Part shown: in pieces, positions 1 through 7,559 of the stretch
Numbering within the stretch: the stretch's first letter is position 1
How the letters are laid out: each line of letters starts with the position of its first letter
Origin: a virus
Taxonomy: Duplodnaviria; Caudoviricetes
Length of the DNA: 24,083 nt
Strand: one strand, 5' to 3'
IMG/VR virus record: IMGVR_UViG_3300038674_000234
Span: 1-24,083 of that record
Translations under genes and position numbers: made by a program
Notes under the pieces: generated by a model
Told to the model about the DNA's origin: nothing
Seen by the model: only the letters and a program-made list of their open reading frames with translations
The model's database searches: none

Positions 1-2
1 AC

Positions 3-188
3 TGGCAAGACCAGTGCGAAGAAACGTTAACTGAACAAGAAAGATGTGATATAGAAATGAATAATTTTAGTTGTAGTGATTTTGATCCGTTGGACATTGA
101 TATTGATTACATAATTGAACAAAATAGATATGAATTCAGGAAAGAGTATTTTGATTCGTATAATGAATTTATTAAGGAGTGGAATTAA
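3..188 (+). CDS. 3' part of a small acidic hypothetical phage protein (partial)
   Basis: Open frame WQDQCEETLTEQERCDIEM...EFIKEWN ends at TAA 186-188. The start lies outside the window. Confidence 0.6.
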   Translation, partial: WQDQCEETLTEQERCDIEMNNFSCSDFDPLDIDIDYIIEQNRYEFRKEYFDSYNEFIKEWN

Positions 189-218
189 AAATGTATAATT
201 TTATTATAATAAAGGTGG

Positions 219-248
219 TTGACATCAATAGCTAACAAAACTTATGAT
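219..248 (+). promoter_or_regulatory. Candidate sigma-A promoter TTGACA-N18-TATGAT
   Basis: TTGACA at 219-224 and TATGAT at 243-248. AT-rich context makes a chance match possible. Confidence 0.35.
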
Positions 249-1241
249 CACAAGTGGTTCAAAAACAAAGTATATGAATATCATGGAAATAAAGTTGATC
301 TATTAAGTGAATACAACGGCGGAAATAAACAAATTAATATAGTATATCACTGTGAATTTCATGGAGACACATATAAGACAATTAATGCAAAAAATATTTG
401 TAAACCATATTTTTTACCGTGTAAAGAGTGCCAGAGTATCAATAAAAGAAAAAGTAGCGCGGCAAAAGAAAATAAAGGTAAAGAATACTATTATCAAAGA
501 CTAAAAGATTATTGTGAGTCCAGAGGTGGCACATTATTAAATAGTGAGTGGACTACAGCAAAGGATACATATCAGTTTAAATGTGCAAACATAGACCATC
601 CTGTTTTTTATAGTACAGCGGATTCTCTATATAGTGGTTCTCATTGGTGTCCATATTGCTGCGGTAGAAAGGGTAATTTTGAAGATGAAATAGTAGAAAT
701 TATTAAATCAAAAAAAGGAGAACTACTTAGTACATATATAAGTCAGGATAAATATGTTAAAGTTCTCTGTAAAGAACATAATTATGTTTGGGACATATTA
801 CCTTTTAATATTAAAAAGGGCAGGTGGTGTCCGGTATGCAATCTACCTTTTAGTGAGAAAACTGTTTTTGATTATTTAACCAATCATAATATTAGTTTTG
901 ATATTCAATATAAATTTGATAATTTATATGGTGAAAATAATGAATTGCTTAGATTTGATTTTGCTATATTTAAAAATAATAATAATAAAGAACTTTATTG
1001 TTTATTTGAAATTGATGATTGTGAACATTGGTATAATCATAAACAGGAACGTAGGGTTAAGGCAAGAGAAAGGGATATTCTTAAAAATCAATATTGTTTA
1101 AAAAACAATATAACATTTTATAGAATACCATATATATTTAGTAAAAAAGCAGTATCATACGTTGAATATTACGAATACTTAGATAGCCAATTAGGAAATA
1201 TTATAAAACCTCTATTAAATAAATGTGAGGGGGTTGTATAA
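228..1241 (+). CDS. Free-standing homing-endonuclease-like protein: Cys/His zinc-ribbon repeats plus C-terminal PD-(D/E)XK (DUF559/Vsr-like) nuclease
   Basis: CEFHG, CKEC, WCPYC and WCPVC motifs; C-terminal LRFDFAI...EIDDCEHW...DILKNQYC...FYRIPY. The track start TTG 219 abuts SD AAAGGTGG (211-218); ATA 228 is 9 nt from it. Confidence 0.8.
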   Translation: MANKTYDHKWFKNKVYEYHGNKVDLLSEYNGGNKQINIVYHCEFHGDTYKTINAKNICKPYFLPCKECQSINKRKSSAAKENKGKEYYYQRLKDYCESRGGTLLNSEWTTAKDTYQFKCANIDHPVFYSTADSLYSGSHWCPYCCGRKGNFEDEIVEIIKSKKGELLSTYISQDKYVKVLCKEHNYVWDILPFNIKKGRWCPVCNLPFSEKTVFDYLTNHNISFDIQYKFDNLYGENNELLRFDFAIFKNNNNKELYCLFEIDDCEHWYNHKQERRVKARERDILKNQYCLKNNITFYRIPYIFSKKAVSYVEYYEYLDSQLGNIIKPLLNKCEGVV

Positions 1242-1242
1242 T

Positions 1243-3918
1243 ATAGCTCTCGACAAGCAAGTACATATATACAGTTTAGATACAACAGCTTTCTTTACTG
1301 AAGAAGAATTGAGTTTACACAAACAAATAATTGAAATAAACAAAGAAAAGGAGATTTATCTTAACGGTAGAAAATATAAAGAATTAGTTGGTGCGGATAA
1401 AAATGGCTATCTTCAAATTTGTAGACGAAAAACAGAAGTAAAAAATAAATTATATGAATTATTCAAGGCGAATACATCTATTAGAGTTCTAAATCCTAAA
1501 TATATATCTAAATATAATGTGATATCTGTATTTGAGTCAACTCTAACAAGAACACTAAATATTGATACTAACCAACTTTCTGATGAAATAATAGTTGTAA
1601 GAGCTTATTATTATGATGTTCTTCACGATATGATTTGCAATGGATTTGCTTATAACGGAGAAAAATATAAATATTTTACTAGTTCTGCCGGACAAATACG
1701 TACAAAAAAAGCTGTATTCATTAAGGAGTCACTATGGGAAAAACACTGTAAAACATTAATGTGTGGACTGACATATGAGAGGATTAATGAGTGTGGAGGC
1801 GTTAATGTAAACAAATTTATGGCATATCTTGCTTTGCTTAACAGTGCCACAGACGTATTTGAAGGTTTTGATATCAATAAATGTATTGTTGTAGATGATC
1901 TTGAAACAACCATTAATAGCACTGTTGATTTCATTGATGATATTACATATGAAATAACTAGAAAAAATATGGATATTCCAATTGTTCATACAGATGGATG
2001 TGGTTTATGTCTTCCAAGTGTAAGTAAAAAGAATTTTATGATTAGGCTTCCTTGGATTAAAGGACTATTAGCAGTATGTGATTTTCGCAAATTTATTAAA
2101 AAGAAAAACGGAAATAAAATTATTAAAGACATTTATGGTAAAGCACATGACATAATTGAAGAAGATATTCAAATTATCTTTACTAAAAGTCAATTTAAAA
2201 TGTATAAATATTATAAGTCTTGGGACGAATATAAGAAATGTTTCACTAAATATAGGTGTCAGGCTGGATATTGTAATGTTGAGGATAATTATATAAAAAA
2301 TGCTTCCATTAATTATCAGATGCTCCAAACGTTAAATACAATGACTAATGAGGAATTACTTAAAATATCTGAATATTCTATAAATAAGATAAGCAATTTA
2401 TGTACATCATTAGATTCTATGTTGAGCGTATTTGGTATTAATGATGAATGTGAACAAAAGACGCCTCTTCAGGAATCGCTTAAATTATATCCAGAGTTGT
2501 TTACTGATTCATACATAAAAGATGTATTAAAGAAAATAAAAGCAAGCATTATAAAGAAATATAGGTCAGGTAAACTTGATATTAAAGGCAAATATACATT
2601 TATAATTCCTGATATATATGCAATTTGTGAGTATTTATTTTTAGACAAGAAGAATCCAGATGGACTAATAAGCAACGGTGAAGTATCATGTAGGCTATAT
2701 CCAACTGTTGATAAACTTGATTGTCTTCGTGCGCCTCATTTGATGACGGAACATGTTATTAGAAAAAATAAAATTACAAAAGAAATATCGGAATGGTTTT
2801 GCACAGATGCGCTTTATGTTGGTTGTCACGACATTATGAGTAAAATAATGATGTTTGATTGTGATGGAGATAAAAGCCTTGTTGTCGCTGATGAGACATT
2901 AATCAGAGTTGCGGATAGACACATAAAAATGTATGATATTGTTCCGTTATGTTATGACATGAAGAAATCAAATCCAGTAATCTTTAACGATGAAGAATTA
3001 TATAATGGTTTATATGCTGCGTATACTGGTGGTAATATAGGAGAAATCAGCAATACAATTACTAAAATATGGAATAAAGATGATTTTTGTATTGATGATT
3101 TAAGTATAATTAAAATACTTTGCATGGAAAATAATTATGTTATTGATTATGCAAAAACATTATATAAGCCTAAAAGACCAGAACATATAGACTCAATAAT
3201 CAAAGAGTACCAAAATCTAAAACTGCCACACTTTTTTAAATATGCGAAAGATAAGAAATCAACGGCAGTAAATAAGTTAAATAGAAAAGATGATTACAAT
3301 ACTGTAGTAAACAGACTTTTCTATTTGTTTAAAGATTTTAGGTTAAAATTCAATCTTTCTAACTTTGGTAGAATAGATTACAAACTTTTAATGTCAAATC
3401 CAGAAATTAAAATTGACAGCAATGTGATTGATAAATATTATGAATTTAATAAAGTTTATTGTTATAAATTAAGTATAAGCGATTCAAAATACGATGTTCA
3501 TAAATACTTAATTAAGGTTTTAAAGGATACTCTAAGTGAATTTAAGTATTCTGACGTTGAAATATGCGATATGCTTGTCAAAGAATTATTTCATGAAAAC
3601 AAAAATAAGGCAAAAGAGTCATTATGGTATTGTTATGGAGATATTATTTTAGATAACTTAAAAACAAACATAGTAGGATTAGATAAAATATGCAAAAAAT
3701 GTGGTAGTAGGTTTAAATCAAATTCAAAGGAAACACCATATTGTGATGTTTGTATTAAAAGGAAGAAAATTAAAGTAAAAATAATATTATGTGTTGATTG
3801 CTTCAAAGAAGTTGAAGTTGACGCTCGTAATATGACAAAGACCAGATGCAATGAATGTCAACATGTTAAAGATAAAGAGTTATCAAGAATTAGAGTTCAG
3901 AAATTTAGAAATAAATGA
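1243..3918 (+). CDS. yonO: YonO-like single-subunit (two-barrel) DNA-dependent RNA polymerase
   Basis: Catalytic MFDCDGD (DxDGD) motif, SSAGQIRTKK, TDGCG, RLPWIKG and LRAPH motifs, ~890 aa, four C-terminal CxxC pairs, position upstream of virion genes. Track start is 1225; ATA 1243 follows SD GAGGGGG. Confidence 0.9.
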   Translation: MALDKQVHIYSLDTTAFFTEEELSLHKQIIEINKEKEIYLNGRKYKELVGADKNGYLQICRRKTEVKNKLYELFKANTSIRVLNPKYISKYNVISVFESTLTRTLNIDTNQLSDEIIVVRAYYYDVLHDMICNGFAYNGEKYKYFTSSAGQIRTKKAVFIKESLWEKHCKTLMCGLTYERINECGGVNVNKFMAYLALLNSATDVFEGFDINKCIVVDDLETTINSTVDFIDDITYEITRKNMDIPIVHTDGCGLCLPSVSKKNFMIRLPWIKGLLAVCDFRKFIKKKNGNKIIKDIYGKAHDIIEEDIQIIFTKSQFKMYKYYKSWDEYKKCFTKYRCQAGYCNVEDNYIKNASINYQMLQTLNTMTNEELLKISEYSINKISNLCTSLDSMLSVFGINDECEQKTPLQESLKLYPELFTDSYIKDVLKKIKASIIKKYRSGKLDIKGKYTFIIPDIYAICEYLFLDKKNPDGLISNGEVSCRLYPTVDKLDCLRAPHLMTEHVIRKNKITKEISEWFCTDALYVGCHDIMSKIMMFDCDGDKSLVVADETLIRVADRHIKMYDIVPLCYDMKKSNPVIFNDEELYNGLYAAYTGGNIGEISNTITKIWNKDDFCIDDLSIIKILCMENNYVIDYAKTLYKPKRPEHIDSIIKEYQNLKLPHFFKYAKDKKSTAVNKLNRKDDYNTVVNRLFYLFKDFRLKFNLSNFGRIDYKLLMSNPEIKIDSNVIDKYYEFNKVYCYKLSISDSKYDVHKYLIKVLKDTLSEFKYSDVEICDMLVKELFHENKNKAKESLWYCYGDIILDNLKTNIVGLDKICKKCGSRFKSNSKETPYCDVCIKRKKIKVKIILCVDCFKEVEVDARNMTKTRCNECQHVKDKELSRIRVQKFRNK

Positions 3919-4020
3919 CTATGTAACGCTATGTTTTTAAAAGGCAAAACCATTTAAGTCATTGTGCCACAACGGGTTTAATATAAATCATTCTGTTTTT
4001 TACTAAATTTAGCAGACAAT

Positions 4021-4076
4021 TATGGAGAGCAAGTAACCAAATCTACAAAAATATAGGTTAAACTGCTCACTTCATA
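4021..4076 (+). promoter_or_regulatory. Long interrupted stem-loop in the post-RNAP intergenic region
   Basis: TATGGA/TTCATA, GAGCA/TGCTC and TAACC/GGTTA pair in nested order. Confidence 0.45.
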
Positions 4077-4112
4077 TTACAGAATTATAATAGTAAAGGA
4101 CTGAAGAAATAC

Positions 4113-4310
4113 ATAATACAGATATCGCAAGCTGAAGCCAATTTTATAAGAGAACATACAACTAGTAAAGATCAGCAAATACATATGGCTTCACGCAGAA
4201 AGAAAAGCCGGGGTGTCGGCAATGGGAAAACCTATTATATGATTGAATCAAAAAGTAACTTAGCACTACTCAAGCAATTTAGAGACAAATTAAGTTTAAA
4301 TAAACAATGA
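4113..4310 (+). CDS. Small basic hypothetical protein, 65 aa, missing from the ORF track
   Basis: (M)IQISQAEANFIREH...SRRKKSRG...KTYYMIES...LNKQ*. SD AAAGGA at 4095-4100, ATA start, stop overlaps the next gene's SD. Confidence 0.65.
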   Translation: MIQISQAEANFIREHTTSKDQQIHMASRRKKSRGVGNGKTYYMIESKSNLALLKQFRDKLSLNKQ

Positions 4311-4328
4311 GGGGAATGAAATAAGAAC

Positions 4329-5498
4329 ACGAATAGAGACGAGTTTCTTAAACGACAATTAGACCTACTCAAAGAAAAACAAATTAATTCAGATATAGAG
4401 TGGCAGGACGTAGCAGAATTCAGGGGACTAGGAGAACATAGAGATACCGTGTCTAAAGGGTCTAAAATCCTCTACGAATATCTTGATGCTGGTTGGAATT
4501 TAGTTCCTCCTTCAGAACCAATTACTGCAAGCGATCAGTTAAGGGCTATTCAAAAAGAAAGATATAAAATTCAAGCTGAGAAACTTGAAAATAATAGATG
4601 GCTTAGAGAGAACGCTAGAGATGAACTGATTCTTGAAAAAATAATTGAGGCTGTCAATAATCTTAAACAGCTTGACATACCCGATGTAATTCCGGTCATA
4701 CATAACAAACGCGAATATTCACTTCTCTTCGGTGATGCTCATTTTGGTGTTGATTTTGAAATTAAAGGATTATTTGGAGAAACATTAAGTAAATATAATC
4801 CAGAAATATTTGAATCTCGTATGTGGGATTTACTTAATAAAGTTGTGGATTATATAAGACAGTTTCAAATAACTCACCTTAATGTTTTTGAATTTGGGGA
4901 TTTCAGCGATGGAATCTTACGTGTATCTCAATTAATGAAACTTAGATACGGAGTAATTGAAGGTACAATTTACTTTGCTAATTTTATCAGTAATTGGCTA
5001 AACAAGTTATCTGAATATACTGCTATTGAATATCAAATGGTTGAAGATGCTAATCATACTCAACTGCGCTTACTTGACCAGCCTAAAGGTACTTTTGAAA
5101 AAGAAAATACAAGTTTGTTTGTGAAAGAACTTATTCAAGCAAGACTACAAAATAATCCTAATTTTAAATTTGTATGCAATCCTACTGGTATGATTTTTAA
5201 AAATATATGCGGTTTTAATTTCTTAGGTTTTCACGGAGAAATAAAAAATCTTGAGCAAGCAATAAAGGATTTTACAAAGAAATATAATACCACAATACAT
5301 ATATTATCGGCTGGTCATTTGCATCATTCAAAATCTGAGGCAGTTGGATTATGTAGTGATACTGTCAATGTACCTAGTATAGTAGGTGTTGATCCTTTCT
5401 CGTTTTCAATTTCAAAACTGTCTAATGCAGGAGCTACTATTCTTGGTATTGAAGAAGGTAAAGGCAAGGTATCGGAAGAAAATTTGAAACTTAATTAA
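4329..5498 (+). CDS. Calcineurin-like metallophosphoesterase (YonJ-like) with N-terminal helical region
   Basis: GDAHFG, GDFSDG, ANH, HGE and GHLH motifs. The frame is open upstream of GTG 4449 back to 4320; proposed start ACG 4329. Confidence 0.85.
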   Translation, partial: TNRDEFLKRQLDLLKEKQINSDIEWQDVAEFRGLGEHRDTVSKGSKILYEYLDAGWNLVPPSEPITASDQLRAIQKERYKIQAEKLENNRWLRENARDELILEKIIEAVNNLKQLDIPDVIPVIHNKREYSLLFGDAHFGVDFEIKGLFGETLSKYNPEIFESRMWDLLNKVVDYIRQFQITHLNVFEFGDFSDGILRVSQLMKLRYGVIEGTIYFANFISNWLNKLSEYTAIEYQMVEDANHTQLRLLDQPKGTFEKENTSLFVKELIQARLQNNPNFKFVCNPTGMIFKNICGFNFLGFHGEIKNLEQAIKDFTKKYNTTIHILSAGHLHHSKSEAVGLCSDTVNVPSIVGVDPFSFSISKLSNAGATILGIEEGKGKVSEENLKLN

Positions 5499-5516
5499 AT
5501 AGGAGAACAATAATAT

Positions 5517-5819
5517 ATGAATTATCCAAAAGTAATTTTTACATATGTAGATACCGAAGGAAAAGAAACCAGCCTGTCCTCAGAAAACATCTTAGGTTGT
5601 TGTGCCGAGTGTGAACTTCAAAAAATCGTTAGTGTCTTTGATGATTTTATCGGTTGTATTATTAATACTGTAGCAGCGAAGTACCCAGAAGAGGAAGAGA
5701 AAGACGATGATGAGGACGATGAAGAAACTAAAGTAAATAAGGCTAATTTTGATCGTAGATTCTTTGGCAACCATGATGATGATGACAAAGATGATAATTG
5801 GGTTGGTTTAACCGACTAA
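5517..5819 (+). CDS. Hypothetical protein with acidic C-terminal tracts
   Basis: SD AGGAGA, ATG start, EEEEKDDDEDDEE and DDDDKDD runs. Confidence 0.7.
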   Translation: MNYPKVIFTYVDTEGKETSLSSENILGCCAECELQKIVSVFDDFIGCIINTVAAKYPEEEEKDDDEDDEETKVNKANFDRRFFGNHDDDDKDDNWVGLTD

Positions 5820-5830
5820 CACAAATCTAT

Positions 5831-5962
5831 ATTGGTGCTTCTCCACCTAAATTATAAAAAAGCGAGACTTATAGAAGTAGCATGGGATGGGAAGATAACT
5901 ACTTCCCTTCCCTGCTGAATATGTATCATTGGTGTTTAATTAATTTTAATTATTTAGGAGGT
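5831..5962 (+). promoter_or_regulatory. Structured 5' leader of the Hsp20-like gene
   Basis: Hairpin 5879-5916, small stem GGTG/CACC (5834-5847), and CCACCTAAAT (5843-5852) complementary to ATTTAGGAGG (5952-5961). Confidence 0.5.
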
Positions 5963-5970
5963 TTTATTTT

Positions 5971-6348
5971 ATGAGCGATTTATTTGAAACATTTTTTGAT
6001 GAATTTTCACTTTTTGGAAAACCATATGTTATTTACAACACAAATGGTATTCGTGATTTAATGCCTACATTTTGGCGAGAAAAAGACTATGGATATCGTT
6101 GTACAGCTAAGACGCTTGGTGTGGACGAAAAAGACGTTTGTGTTGAACTAACTGACTATGGTATTAAACTTTTTGGTAAATCTGAACTTGAGGGACAGTG
6201 GTATGACACGACTCTAAAATTACCAATTGCTAAAACGGTCATGAACGATATTAAAGAAATCAAAACGTTTACGAAGAACGGGATAACATTTGTTGACTTG
6301 TATTTAGACAAACCGGAAAAGAAAAAGATTCTTATTAATGGTAAATAA
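5971..6348 (+). CDS. Small heat-shock protein (Hsp20/alpha-crystallin-like)
   Basis: 125 aa; Phe-rich N-terminus (DLFETFFDEF), LGVDEKDVCV, IKTFTKNGITFVDL and C-terminal ILI (IxI) motif; SD AGGAGG. Confidence 0.7.
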   Translation: MSDLFETFFDEFSLFGKPYVIYNTNGIRDLMPTFWREKDYGYRCTAKTLGVDEKDVCVELTDYGIKLFGKSELEGQWYDTTLKLPIAKTVMNDIKEIKTFTKNGITFVDLYLDKPEKKKILINGK

Positions 6349-6356
6349 ACTAGCGT

Positions 6357-6394
6357 GGGCAGGGGCAATTACATCTCCCCTGCCCTATTTAATT
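6357..6394 (+). terminator. GC-rich hairpin after the Hsp20 gene (terminator or stabiliser)
   Basis: GGGCAGGGG-N11-CCCCTGCCC followed by a weak T tract (TATTTAATT). Confidence 0.55.
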
Positions 6395-6417
6395 AACCAG
6401 TGAAAGGAGTGCTATTT

Positions 6418-7557
6418 ATAGCCGGAAGACCAAAAGGTTCTACAAATAAGCCAAAACCTAAATCACCAAACAGCAAACGCCAACAGGATATAAATAGTGA
6501 AAATCCTGCTGTTTATAAATGTACCAGATGCGGTAAAACAAAGAGTGACCCAAAAGGGTTTTTCTTTATGTCTAAAACTAGCCCGTTGTTTGTGTCAAAT
6601 GAACTTTTCGCTTGCATTTGCAGTGACTGTTCTAATGAATTATTTGAGAATTACAAAGTTAAATACAAAGACGAAAAACTTGCTCTGATGCTTATTTGTT
6701 GCCATTTGGATGTATTTTTTTCTGAAGAACTATATGAACAAGTTAAGGATAATGCAAATTTCTCACTTGGTAATTATTTGAAGCACATAAATCTGTCACA
6801 ATATAAAGCGAAAAATTTCATTACATATTTAATAAATGTCAATCAGCTAAACGGCTGGTTAAAAGACACCACTGAAATAAGAGATGACAAGGAAGCAAAT
6901 TGGAAGGCTTCTGATTATAAGAATAAAAGATATGTATTAGAATCAATTGGATATGATTGTTTTGATGATGAGTCGTATACAGATGAAAACAGAAAGTTCC
7001 TTTATAATACGCTTGCTGATTATTTAACAGACGATATTATAGAAGATCAGCATAAAATACAAAACGTCATATTAATGGTAAAAACAATACTTCAAGTTGA
7101 GAACACAGACAAATTAATTAACGCAGAATTTAAGAAAAAAATTATAGATAAAGACATTATAAAACCATTAACTGAAATAAAAAACAACCTCACTAATACT
7201 ATAACAAAGATTGCAAACGAAAATGGCATTGCGGCTAAGACAAGCGGTAAATCAGGCAAGGGTGCAAATACATTAACTAACATTATGAAGGAAATGGCTG
7301 AAAATGGTTTTGAAGAAATTAAAACAAACATATTTAACATAAAGATGTGCGAAACATTTAAAAACATTTCAGATATTAGCAATAAAAGTTTATTTGAACA
7401 GCTAAACTATCAAACAGACGATTATGCTAGAATGGTAGCCAAACAAAGAGAAGAACTGCAATTGTTATTTAAAGAAAAAGAAAAACTAGAAGAATCTTTA
7501 AGATTAATAAAGATAGAAAACAAAGAACTAAAGCAACAAATAGAAGGTGATAAATAG
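6418..7557 (+). CDS. YonG-like protein, candidate small terminase/DNA-packaging accessory with zinc finger
   Basis: Directly upstream of TerL; GRPKG AT-hook-like motif, CTRC...CSDC, C-terminal coiled coil. Track start is 6400; ATA 6418 lies 6 nt after SD AAAGGAGTG. Confidence 0.65.
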   Translation: MAGRPKGSTNKPKPKSPNSKRQQDINSENPAVYKCTRCGKTKSDPKGFFFMSKTSPLFVSNELFACICSDCSNELFENYKVKYKDEKLALMLICCHLDVFFSEELYEQVKDNANFSLGNYLKHINLSQYKAKNFITYLINVNQLNGWLKDTTEIRDDKEANWKASDYKNKRYVLESIGYDCFDDESYTDENRKFLYNTLADYLTDDIIEDQHKIQNVILMVKTILQVENTDKLINAEFKKKIIDKDIIKPLTEIKNNLTNTITKIANENGIAAKTSGKSGKGANTLTNIMKEMAENGFEEIKTNIFNIKMCETFKNISDISNKSLFEQLNYQTDDYARMVAKQREELQLLFKEKEKLEESLRLIKIENKELKQQIEGDK

Positions 7558-7559
7558 GA

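Noticed and set aside
5834-5868. preQ1-like riboswitch (short stem plus A-rich tail)
   Set aside because: Only a 4-bp stem, the loop lacks the preQ1 consensus, and no queuosine-related gene follows.
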